Below are positions 51,932-63,348 of a stretch of DNA of 64,000 nucleotides, one piece after another. The stretch covers positions 22,692,001 through 22,756,000 of the forward strand of contig NC_043012.1 in NCBI RefSeq assembly GCF_006345805.1, given 5' to 3'. This stretch comes from Octopus sinensis. Taxonomy: Eukaryota. A program made the position numbers and the translations under genes. Positions within the stretch are counted from its first letter, which is position 1, and each line of letters starts with the position of its first letter. The notes below the pieces were generated by a model, which did not search any database, was not told where the DNA came from, and worked only from the letters and a program-made list of their open reading frames with translations.

Positions 51932-52570
51932 AGAGTGGATGAAACCATTGCCCATATCACAAATGAATGCCCTAGACTTGTCCCAAACGACTACAAGTTG
52001 TAGCGATAAGATCAGATATCGAAAGTGTTACATTGGAAACTGTGCGAAGAGTGGGGGGCTAGAGAGAGGCAAGACATGGTATGAGCACAAATTGCAGAGA
52101 GTGGCGGAGTCGGAGACTCGTAAAATCCTCTGGGATTTCCCAATCCAAACAGACCAGATGCTAGAGCATAACAAACCAGACCTAGTGGCGGTGGACAAGG
52201 TGCACCACATATGCTATATAGTTGACGTTGCATGTCCCTTTGACCCACAAATAGTCAAGAAGGAAGGTGAAAAGAGAGATAGATACAACCCTCTTAAGTA
52301 TGAAATAGCACAGGTATGGAAAATGAAGATAGTGAAGATAATGCCAATTATTGTTGGGTTCTTGGGAACAGTATCAGAAGGCATCAAGGGGAATATAAAG
52401 GAAACTGGAACTGTTACAAAAGCTTTGCCGCCTTAGCATGGCCAGAATAATCAGGAAAGTATGAGATAGCTGAAAAGAATGGATAGCATGGTACTGTAGG
52501 CTGTAGATAGCAAGCACACTATGCATGTAAGACTCCAGGAGCTTCAACAAAACCTGAGATAAAGAGAAAA
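51932..52570 (+). mobile_element. R4/Dong-type LINE 3' fragment (zinc knuckle and RLE) in (TAA)n
   Basis: ETIAHITNEC, WYEHK..KILWDFPIQTD..HNKPDLVAVD..IVDVACP..EKRDRY..IIVGFLG (PD-(D/E)xK nuclease). Confidence 0.92.
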
Positions 52571-52587
52571 TAATAATAATAATAATA

Positions 52588-52634
<47 letters not shown>

Positions 52635-52638
52635 TAAT

Positions 52639-52879
52639 CCCTGCAAGAAGTGCAAAAGATTGTCTTAACTGGTACATCACACATATTGAGAAGAGCATTG
52701 TCGATGTGAGAACTATTACTACCCATGTATTTTAATTTAACTTAAAAAAAAAATTCTTTTAAATGAACGAATTAGTGAGTTTAGTTTAATGGCCTACCAA
52801 TGTATACTATGAGTTTCTTTGCCCTAGGAGTCAGGAAGACACTCGGCAAGAAATGGAAGCAAATTTGAAAGAAAAAAAG

Positions 52880-52880
<1 letters not shown>
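52639..52880 (+). mobile_element. R4/Dong-type 3' end (family 2) in the same (TAA)n array
   Basis: QEVQKIVLTGTSHILRRAL plus a 3' UTR nearly identical to 36085-36320. Confidence 0.85.
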
Positions 52881-52926
<46 letters not shown>

Positions 52927-54614
52927 CCTTTCAACTAAAGGCCTGAAATTTTGGGGGTGGGACTAATCAATCACATTGATCACAGTACATAACTGGTACT
53001 TAATTTACTGACCCCCACCCTCACCCCCACTCCAAATGGATGAAAAGCAGAGTTGACCTCAGCGGAATTTGAACTCAGAATGTAAAACTGGGAGAAAATG
53101 TCACAAAGCATTTTTTGTCTGACATGCCAATGATTCTATCAGACTTAAATGCTGCTGGAAATATTGATGATGATGATGATGATGATGATTGATGATGATG
53201 ATGATGAATGAATGAATGAATGAATGAATGAATGAATAAATGAACAATAGAAAGGAAAAGCATACGGTACCGGCATTCAGCCAATCAGATTAGGAAGTTG
53301 CCTAAAAATATTAACTGCTTCTTTCATAATTTTATCAGCAGCAGTAAGATTTTTTTTGTTTGTTTTTGCTTTAGATGCAGTCAAATTACCCCCCCCCCAT
53401 TGTAAACAACAGAACTAACGCTGCCATAGATAAAGGAATATTAAGTCATAGTTCAATATGCATTTAGATATGTATTATACTTTAACGAGAATACTGCTGA
53501 CGGTGACTTCGAAGCTTCAGACAGTTAAACCATAATTGGACCTAAAGGCATTGCAGTTACTGCCAATAGTTTTGTTGCTAAAGAATAAGAGGTTTGTACT
53601 TTAACAAGTGTACTGAGCAATGTAAAATCGTTTTTATTACAACTTAAAAAGAAACCAATGTGGAAAAGAACCACTCTGCTTGTATGACAATGATTCTCAA
53701 TTACAATCATTACAAGATGTCCAAAGAATGGCATTCTCTCTCTCTCACACACACACACAGACACCCTGGTGCAGCTCCCTCTAGTTTTCCAATAATGGTC
53801 AAACCATCCAACCTATGCCAGCAAGGAGAACGGATGATGATGATTACATGATATTGAGAGAATATACATATACTTTTTAATAATATATTATCATTATTAA
53901 GATAAGGAAATTAATATCTAAACACATCATTAAGATATACCCGTGTGAAAGAACTTATTGTATTAAAAATATATATAATTAAATAAATAAATATAAAAAT
54001 ATAATGTATAAAATAAATTTGATAGTTTAAAAGTTTTGAATTAATTATTTAAGCATCTTATGATCGTTTTGCAGAAGAGTTGTCCCTATAATGAAATCCT
54101 ATATTGATAAGCATTTATAGACAACTCTTCTGCTCTTCAGAGATATAAAATATGAATATTGTATAATATATCGAATCATTAGTTTTTTAAAAAAATTTGA
54201 AGTAAAATTGTAAAATGGTGTTTGTTTGAAATGTAAAATAAAAATTTAAAATTACTACTTTTGATGAGTCTTTAAATCCATATATATTTCCTTGGTTATT
54301 CTACTGCAATAATCCATAATATTCATACTTATAATCCATCATATTATCTTGCATTCCCAGTATAGTTCATATAGTTAGTTATATATATTGAGAGAATGGC
54401 ATACACAAACACATGCATATATACATGAATACATACACACACACACAAAATACAAACATGCTTCTTTCGGTTTCCACATACAAATCCATTCACAAGGCTT
54501 TCGTCAGCCTAGGGTTATAAGAAGACGTTTGCCCAAGGTGTTGCCCAGAAAGACTGAACCGAGGCCTCATGTTTGGATAGCAAGTCTGTCAATTACATAG
54601 CTTTGCCTGAACCT

Positions 54615-54992
54615 ATCCACTGTGGCCATGCTGGAGTATGACCTTGAAGAATTTGTAGTACTTAGATTTTTTGTTAAAGCCATTACATATTCTGCCAGTC
54701 TCTTTTGCCAAACTGCTATGTTACAGGGACAGAAACATACCAACACCGGCTGTCAAGTAGTGGTGGGGGTCAAACATTGACATGAAGATACACACACATA
54801 CATATGTGTATATGTGTGTGTGTGTGTGTGTGCGTATATGATGGGCTTTTTTCAGTTTCTGCTTAGCAAATTCGTTCACAAGGCTTTGGTCAGCCCAAGG
54901 CGATAGGAGAAGACACTTGCTCAGTGTGTCATGCAGTGGGACTGAACCTGCAATCATGTGGTTGACAAGAAAACTTCCTACCACACAGCTGT
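54615..54992 (-). mobile_element. SINE family E copy
   Basis: Aligns with 26869-27292. Confidence 0.75.
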
Positions 54993-55096
54993 GAAAATTA
55001 ATTGAACACATTGGCAGTCTGACACGAGTGCAGTTATATAAGAATTTCTATATACAACTCCGGTTGTTTCCCCACAAAAATGTATTTGAAATGAAA

Positions 55097-55766
55097 GGCG
55101 CAGGAGTGGCTGTGTGGTAAGTAGCTTGCTAACCAACCACATGGTTCCGGGTTCATTCCCACTGCATGGCATCTTGGGCAAGTGTCTTCTGCTATAGCCC
55201 CGGGCCGACCAATGCCTTGTGAGTGGATTTGGTAGACGGAAACTGAAAGAAGCCTGTCGTATATATGTATATATATATGTATTTCTTTACTGCCCACAAG
55301 GGGCTAAACATAGAGGGGACAAACAAGGACAGACGAAGGGATTGAGTCGATTATATCGCCCCCAGTGCGAAACTGGTACTTTATTTATCGACCCCGAAAG
55401 GATGAAAGGCAAAGTCGACCTCGGTGGAATTTGAACTCAGAACGTAACGACAGAAGAAATACTGCTAAGCATTTCGTCTGGTGCGCTAACGTGTCTGCCA
55501 GCTCGCAGCCTTGATTACCCTTGATATATATATATGTATGTGTGTGTGTTTGTGTGTCTGTGTTTGTCCCCCTAGCATTGCTTGACAACCGATGCTGGTG
55601 TGTGTACGTCCCCGTCACTTAGCGGTTCGGCAAAAGAGACCGATAGAATAAGTACTGGGCTTACAAAGAATAAGTCCCGGGGTCGATTTGCTCGACTAAA
55701 AGCGGTGCTCCAGCATGGCCTCAGTCAAATGACTGAAACAAGTAAAAGGAGTAAAGAGTAAAAGAG
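55097..55766 (+). mobile_element. young SINE family E copy with nested insertion
   Basis: ggcgcaggagtggctgtgtggtaag head to aaaagagta tail; interrupted at its internal microsatellite. Confidence 0.9.
55281..55512 (-). mobile_element. nested SINE family C copy
   Basis: Reverse complement of the 21896-22127 sequence. Confidence 0.9.
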
Positions 55767-56409
55767 GGTAATCTCATTCCCAGTAGTAATGAGAAGAAGG
55801 AAAAAAAAAAAAAAATAATGGAAGAGATAGCGAGAGAGTTTGTTGCATACAAATAATATAGTGAAATCCAAGCTTTGATGAATAAACAAAGGAACTATTA
55901 GGAGCAATTAGTGAAAAGGAAAGAGAATAACAGCAAGGCAATTAAACATATGAAGCTAGACAAGACAAGGAAGGATCCCCTCTGCCGCTTTATGACCTGC
56001 TAAAAACAGCAGCCAAACTTGGACAATGGATAATGTGGTCATAGATGCCCAGCACCCCAGTAAAAAAAATGGAAATGGTGAAGACCTGGATGCTTCTGGT
56101 GATAGGTCTTCTCCATCAAGATAAGCCTGGGGCTTCAACAACAATGGTATGAGCACTGAAAATGTTACAGGTATTTTTGTTGAGATTCTGATAGCCCCTT
56201 GTTTGTTTGTTTGTTTGTTTCTTTATTTTAATGGTTTGCTTTGGAGGAAGGTGGTGTGTTTGTGGCCTTTGCAGCGATTACATACTTTCCCTATCTGCCC
56301 CTAAGATGCATTAATAACACCTACCTGTATACTATAAATGTATGAGCACCTGTTTGCTCTAATTGATGGATTCTGAGATAATTGATATATATATATATAT
56401 ATATATATA

Positions 56410-56630
56410 GTTAATCCAAACAAGAAAGCACAAAAAAAACAAAAAAACACAACAACGCGAGGACGTGGAACAAATAAAGTATTATTGGATGCTCAGGAAA
56501 GAAGGGAAGAAGGAGGGTTTAACGTTTTGAGCGGAGCTCTTCGTCGGAAACATAGGAGAAGGAAAGATCCTGAGAAGGGAAGACAGAGGAAAAAATCGCC
56601 AGCGGTACTCACGAGGTCACATATCGAAAG
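56410..56630 (-). mobile_element. Penelope-type repeat with CCGACGA hammerhead-like motif
   Basis: Motif at 56517-56551; element begins at a (TA)n tract, like 15380 and 31960. Confidence 0.55.
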
Positions 56631-56979
56631 ACCGGAAGTATATATATATATATTGTTTGTGTCACAAGATCAAGAATCTTTATAAACTTGTGAGAGAACA
56701 TGAAACAAGTCCTCTTTGGAAAAGGGGATCTTGAAGCACAAAGCTATAAATAACTGTGTGTAAATATCTGAGTGAAAAACCTTTTGGGACATCGATCAGC
56801 GGTGGAATGCCTGTCACATCCCTGGCGGATGTGGGTACGTATCCCATCAGCAGCCTTCAACTTTTTCAGTCAAAAATGGTTTTTATCCCAATATTTACAT
56901 GCTATTATTTATAGTTTTATGTGCTTCCAGATTCACTGTTCCAAACAGAATAGATGGATGCATGCATTCACACTTACGT

Positions 56980-57740
56980 ACATATACATAGTTAATGGCT
57001 GTCCACTCGTGGCCAAAAAACCCATAACTGACCATTGCCCATGCAAAATGTCAGCAATGCCTATGCATATGGTTATAGCAGCTGTGGTCAGCTACACCTG
57101 GGCTTGTGATGTGAGTTCCATGCTCATTGTGACACCCTCCTACTCAACAGGGAATTGGAATGTTGCCTTACCAGCAATTGTGCAACTTGAAATTTTAGGC
57201 CCAATAAGGCTTTCACAATACCTCACAGACCTTCTCCATTCAGTGAAATGATCCAGAGACAAACTAGGGCAAAAGATATCCAGTGCCAATATTAGTAAAG
57301 GTAAAGTTGCATTCTTGAGTCCTACCAACTCATAAGGACCAGTTTCCTGGTGTATATATTCCCCACCTTAACGGGAGACCAGGCCATCACAGGGTCATAC
57401 CTTTTTGCCAGCTGAGTGGACTGCAGCAACATAGAATGAAGTGTTTTACTCAAGAACAGTCCAGGAATCGAAACCACAATCTTATGATCATGAGTTCAAC
57501 ACCCTAACCACTAACCCACGTGCCTCCACAGAGCCAAGAAGTGTCACAGGCACATGAATGTGGCAGCACCATAATCTCAAGTGCAAGCAAGACATCCCCA
57601 AAATGCTCAATGCCATTCCCTGCATATCTGGTTTCATATGAAAGTGACCTTCTCATATAGACATGCTTTACAATAGCCGAGGGGTGCCTCATCCCTGTTG
57701 GACTTCCAGCATGCCAGACACCAACTCAGAAGTTTTGAAG
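56980..57740 (-). mobile_element. possible Gypsy pol (RNaseH-integrase junction) relic interrupted by a SINE
   Basis: YETRYAGNGIEHFGDVLLAL resembles Y.I.Y....F..ADALSRL; SINE-like insert at ~57290-57530. Confidence 0.3.
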
Positions 57741-58141
57741 GTCCATGCTACATACATACATACATATAGCCACACCGGTGGTAATATATGGTATATATAA
57801 CTACATACTTAAACTTATACTTACATGAAACATTTCTATTGTCCTCAAAATTAAGTGACACAAACTGAATTAGCAATTAGCAATTCAAAAGATGACAGGT
57901 AGTTCTGGCCCAGTGAGTGCTTAGGGAGGTAAAAACATCTTGTGTATTAATTAGATGACCATCAGTAAATTGGGTTATGATGATGACTGTAGTAGAGTGT
58001 TACTAAAATGTAGCTTTTAACGAATTATAAAATGTCAAACAGAAAACATAACTTCAAATATAATTTACAAACACATATATATAGTGAAAGTAAATTAATG
58101 ACTGGTGCATCACTCATTCACACACATATATACACATACAA

Positions 58142-58174
<33 letters not shown>

Positions 58175-58385
58175 ATATATATGTGTGTGGTGTGTGTGTG
58201 TGTGTATATAGAGAGAGATACACATACATCTGTCTGTCTATCTCTCTCTCTCTATATATATACATATACACACACACAAACACACATGACATATATACAC
58301 ACAAATATATTTACAAGTATGTGTGTGTGTTTGTGTACACATGAATGTGTATACAGAGAGGGAAAGAGAGAGAAAGAGAGAGAGG

Positions 58386-58435
<50 letters not shown>

Positions 58436-59771
58436 AAATGTTAACCAGAATTTTCATCTTTAGTAAATGAAGGAAAATTATTCTACTTTTCCAGAGATGG
58501 CTATTTGGAATCAAATAAAAACTGAAATATCTCAAAGAGCTTCAGTTACACTGCTGCGATCTTTTATGTAGCCCTGATTCTGAACGAAAACTAATTATCT
58601 CTAGGTATATCTAGTCAGAATTTTTTTTTTATTTATATATAATAAATATTTTGCTTTATTTGTTTGTTATTTTTTCCGTGCAAATTTTCCTCCAGCCCCA
58701 ATGTAAAATAATAATAACAACAACAACAACAACAAAAAGCTTTAATCTGGGACCAGGAGAAACGTTGTTCTATGTCATTTCGGTATCCTAGGCAACAGTT
58801 AGGAGGATAAAAAAAAGAACACCAATTTTAGTGTAAAGACTACTCTGCTCTTAAATAAAGATATTAAATTTAATTACTATCAAGTTGTTAATCCAGTTAA
58901 ATTGCTTGCAAATTTTTGTTTGCAAGTCAGCATGTGTGTATGTGAATAGAAAGAGGGAGAGAGAGAGAGAGAAGGAGAAAGAGAAAGAGAGAGAAAGCAA
59001 GGGTAATAAACAGAATGAGGAGAGATAAGCTCCGTAACAATTGCTGCCTATGCAAGTACAGAGAAATGGATATTAAAGCATAATGATATATGCATAATGA
59101 TTAATTATGGATGACAATATGACGACAATGATTAAGGCAAGAAGCTGGCAGAGTCGCTAGCATGCTGGACAAAATGCTGAGCAGTCGTTCGTTTATCTTT
59201 ACATTCTGAGTTCAAACTCCACTAGAGTCAACTTTGCCTTTCATCAAGTCAAGGGGACACACAAATGTATATTTATAAATGTCTGATGGTCTTCCATACA
59301 GCTTTTGTTTACCAAATCCACTCACAAGGCTTTGGTCAACTTGAGACTGTAGAAGAAGGCACTTGCCCAAGGTACTGCACAGTGAGACTGAACCCCAAAC
59401 CATATGGTTACAAAGCCAGATTCTTACCTACACTTTCACAATTGTGCCTTTTAAAATGACTGGGAAATAAGTGTGAAGTCTTGAACTAAAATGTCAACCA
59501 GTCAAAATAGCAGATATTAGGATCCTATATGATTTCTGTCAAAAAGCATAACCAGTGTCCCATTGAACAACAGCGAATTCTGTCGTGAAATCCATTGTTA
59601 TTTATCAATTTAACTTCTGACATCATGGGTCTCTCAAGTCATAACTTTCTGTGTGATGCATAATATACATAAAACTTTCTTATGATCCAAAGAAAGCCAC
59701 ATGTTTTAAGATGCCATTCCCACTTATATCCTTATATTTATAATGACACGCTTATCTAGTTGAGTAAGATA

Positions 59772-59912
59772 TTAGATAACAGTTAAGAAACCATCATAAC
59801 CATCGTCTCGGGAGACAGTCTGAGCATCGGGTGCTGCCTGTGATCTTTGGCGTGACATTAAACTTTCTCTTCCTCTCCATATACTATTACTATTAATATC
59901 CCCTTTGCTCAT
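59772..59912 (-). CDS. candidate coding exon of unknown gene (MSKGDINSNSIWRGRESLMSRQRSQAAPDAQTVSRDDGYDGFLTVI*)
   Basis: tttcag acceptor directly before a 46-codon, non-repetitive, CpG-containing open frame; the other two frames stop early. Confidence 0.35.
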   Translation of the reverse strand: MSKGDINSNSIWRGRESLMSRQRSQAAPDAQTVSRDDGYDGFLTVI

Positions 59913-60789
59913 CTGAAATTTAATTTTGTACATTCTATTAATTCTTCTTTGGTTATTGTAGTTAATAACATAATAAGACAAACTGCAGAGCTGTCAACAA
60001 GGAACATTTTGATATAAAACATAGAATGGTACATGGAATAAAAATGGACAATTTAAAGATAATTCCAAAGTGAACATTAACCTTTTTTTCTTTTCTTTTT
60101 ATTTTATTTTATTTTATTTTATTTTCAAACAGAAAACAGTTTAATAATTACATGTCAACTACATCAATTATAAGAGGTTAAGAATTTTAATTAACTGAAT
60201 CAAAGACAAAGCTAATAAGAAAGTGAAAGGCAGCATAAAATTCAAATAATCCATGAAAGGGAATTAAGAGGGAGGGTGGGTGGGTAGGTGGATTATTAAA
60301 GAGAAGAATGATTTAATAGAACTAAAAGAGTAAGTTGACAACTTTTATCATTAATATTAAGAAATATTAAGAAATTTGTCATTAAAGAAAATTGTAATTA
60401 GAAATTTATAGATTCACTATCCTTATACAACTTTCTATTTTCACTTTCACTCTCCTGTGTTTGAAACTGGAAAAGTTAAGAAAGCAAATGGAGGAAAAGA
60501 ACAAGATAAAAACAAAATTATATAAAATATTAGAAAAAAATTATTCCTTCATTGTAGATTTTAAATTTGCATAATTTGTAATTTCTTTGGATGGATGAAT
60601 TCCACCCAATAGAACCAGTGACATAAATTTTAAATCATAAATTCTTCACCTTTATTACGACAGCAAGCTTTATAATACAAGGAATATAATTGTATTGACT
60701 GAAGCAAAGAGATCACATAGGCTTACTTGAATATAAAAATCATAGGATTTCTGTCTATGACTTTGTACACCCTTCTCAATTCAATCAGT

Positions 60790-61056
60790 ACAGTTCTATA
60801 TTTAAGAGATGAGGAATTATGTACATTATTTACATTATTTGTTCTCATCTTGTTTGTTAACACAATGTTTCAGCTGATATACCCACCAGCCTTCATCAGG
60901 TGTCTTGGGGAAATTTCGAACCTGGGTTCTCATTCCTGAAGTATTTTTTGACGCTATTATTATTATTATTATTATTCAGGTCACTGCCTGGAATCGAATT
61001 CGGAATCTTGGGGTTAGTAGCCTGTGCTCTTAACCACTACTAACCCCAAGATTCCG
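60790..61056 (-). mobile_element. tRNA-headed SINE carrying a hammerhead motif and a 5' inverted duplication
   Basis: Head gtagtggttaagagc..attcgattcc, (AAT)n linker, hammerhead 60859-60904, 20-bp inverted repeat 61001-61020/61037-61056. Confidence 0.75.
60859..60904 (-). ncRNA. minimal type I hammerhead motif (CpG-decayed)
   Basis: GACAC-CTGATGA-A-GGCTG-(10 nt)-CAGCT-GAAAC-ATT-GTGTT. Confidence 0.7.
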
Positions 61057-61175
61057 ATATATACATATATACATATACATATATGTATGTATATATATAC
61101 ATATTTATATATGTATATATATACATATTTATATATGTATATATATATATATACATATATATACATATATATATG

Positions 61176-61206
<31 letters not shown>

Positions 61207-61274
61207 GTATATATGTATATATATATGAAAAAACAAGTCAAAAATAGAAAATGCTAAAATAATTTTATAGTGAA

Positions 61275-61322
61275 CATTTCAGTACCGGTTTCGGTCATTT
61301 TGAGACCTTTTCAACTGTAACG
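61275..61322 (-). ncRNA. minimal type I hammerhead ribozyme, U3-A8 variant core
   Basis: CGTTACAG-TTGAAAA-GGTC-TCAAAAT-GACC-GAAA-CCGG-TA-CTGAAATG. Confidence 0.75.
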
Positions 61323-61679
61323 ATTAAATAATTAAATTTAGAAAAATTAGAAGAAAAGTTTTTTTTAAAAGAATATTTCTATAGTAGTGTTCAGATTTAA
61401 GTGGCATTCTGCCTTTCTCTGACTCCCTTGTTTGCACTTGTGTGTCGGAGGTCGTTGTGAGTTCTTGGAAGGGTAGTAGAGGAAGAAGGCTGGTGGGGAA
61501 AGGGGATGGGAGAATCTGGGAGTGCCCTGATGGTCGTATTTTGAATGGTCAGTGGCGGCTGGCAGTCTCAGTTCAATTCAGGAGAATATTTATATTGACA
61601 GGCTTGTTTATAGAATTAGCGTAGGTGTTATACTAAAAAACATTAGTGACAAAGTTAAGGGGTAGGGGGTGGAGAAGTA

Positions 61680-62165
61680 GAAGAAGAAGAAGAAGAAGAA
61701 GAAGAAGAAGAGAAAGATGACGATGATGGTGATGGTGGTGATGATTATGACGACGATGATGATGATAATGATTGATGAAGAAGAAGAAGAAGGAGGAGAA
61801 GGAGAAGATGGTGGTGATGATGGTGGTGATGATGATGACGACGATGATGATGATAATGATGATGATGAAGAAGAAGAAGGAGGAGAAGGAGAAGATGGTG
61901 GTGATGATGGTGGTGATGATGATGACGACGATGATGATGATAATGATGATGATGAAGAAGAAGAGAAAAGGAGGAGAAGGAGAAGATGGTGGTGATGATG
62001 GTGGTGATGATGATGACGACGATGATGATGATAATGATGATGATGAAGAAGAAGAAGGAGGAGAAGGAGAAGATGGTGGTGATGATGGTGGTGATGATGA
62101 TGAGACGACGATGATGATGATAATGATGATGATGAAAAGAAGAGGAGAAGAAGAAGAAGAAAAAA
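61680..62165. repeat. higher-order triplet minisatellite, four ~87-91 bp units of GAA/GGA/GGT/GAT
   Basis: Unit gaagaagaagaaggaggagaaggagaagatggtggtgatgatggtggtgatgatgatgacgacgatgatgatgataatgatgatgat. Confidence 0.95.
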
Positions 62166-62286
62166 CAGAGAAGGGGGAATATGAATGGGTGTAGAATAGC
62201 TATGAAGGGCTGATTAGTAATGGATTCTATGGAGTGTAATATTTGTGTGTGTATATATTTTTCTTTTATTCTAAAGTTGAGGTATA

Positions 62287-63085
62287 TTAATTGTTTGTCG
62301 TAGACCCGTTTAGAAGTGGCTTGTATTTTGTAATAAAGAGATTTTCTTTACTTATTCGTTGTCTCGAGGTTGTATCGTCCTAAATTGGTAGAGGGGGAAA
62401 ATCTGAAGTTTGTGTTTTTTTTGTTGGCGCAAGTATCTATGTGTTGGCTAAAAGCTATTTTTCTGTTTTGGGGAATTTTTATCTGGGATCTGTGCAGGGC
62501 CATTCGTTTACGCAAACCATTTTTTGTTTGGCCTATGTACTGCTCTTGACACCCGGAGCAGGTTAGTGAGTATATTAGGTTCTCCGAAGCACATGTGAAG
62601 TTGCTTTTCACTGTAAACCGTTGTCTCTGCTTGAAGGAGAACTCTGATCCCTCAATTAGATAGTCGCATATCCCGCAATTGGGTCTTCCACATTTTTTTA
62701 CTGTCGGCTTCTGTGTTGAGGAGTGAATTCGGGCTTGTGTAAGGAGACTTTTCATGGATCTAGGCTGTCTTTTGCTTTTTATGATCGTGTGTGTTTGGAG
62801 GATTGTGTTCATTCTGTGGTCTTTTTTTAGGAGGGGTATGTTGTGGAGGATGGTGTCGAAGGCTTCGTTATTGAGAGGGTTGTGTGTGGAGATGTATGGT
62901 AAGGCTTTTGGTTGTAAGTTTTTCTTTGATTTGGGATGTCTCAGTTCCTTGATGTTAAGTTGAAGGGCACGTTGAATGCATGCACTTGTCAATAAGTGAA
63001 GGTGGATAGTTCCTGGTGATTAGGGTATCTTTTAGTTCTTGTAGTCGTGTGTCTCTGGTGTTTGCGTTAGAGACTATAGTGCATA
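62287..63085 (-). mobile_element. Penelope-like element: RT thumb and GIY-YIG endonuclease, 5'-truncated and frameshifted
   Basis: CTIVSNANTRDTRLQELK..NYPPSLID; CGRPNCGICD; NLIYSLTCSGCQEQYIGQTKNGLRKRMALHRSQI; terminal KENLFITKYKPLLN. Confidence 0.92.
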
Positions 63086-63190
63086 TACTATAGTGCATAT
63101 CCTTATAGTGCATATATACATATATAGTGCATATCCTTATAGTGCATATATACATATATAGTGCATATCCTTATAGTGCATATATACATA
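63070..63190. repeat. three 34-bp tandem copies at the Penelope 5' truncation junction
   Basis: tagtgcatatccttatagtgcatatatacatata is repeated; it contains the RICTI codons joined to TA repeat. Confidence 0.85.
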
Positions 63191-63309
63191 TATACACACA
63201 CACATATATATATGTATGTGTGTGTATATATATATTTATATACACATACATGCATCATTATCATCATCATCATCGTTTAACGTCCACTTTCCATGCTAGC
63301 ATGGGTTGG

Positions 63310-63348
<39 letters not shown>

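Noticed and set aside
53279-53298. CCAAT box (agccaatcag) next to an ETS-like aggaagt; also YY1-like aaaatggcgg at 30103-30112
   Set aside because: Short motifs without TSS or exon support.
61717-62194. Acidic D/E/G-rich and M/K-rich ORFs
   Set aside because: Products of the triplet higher-order repeat.
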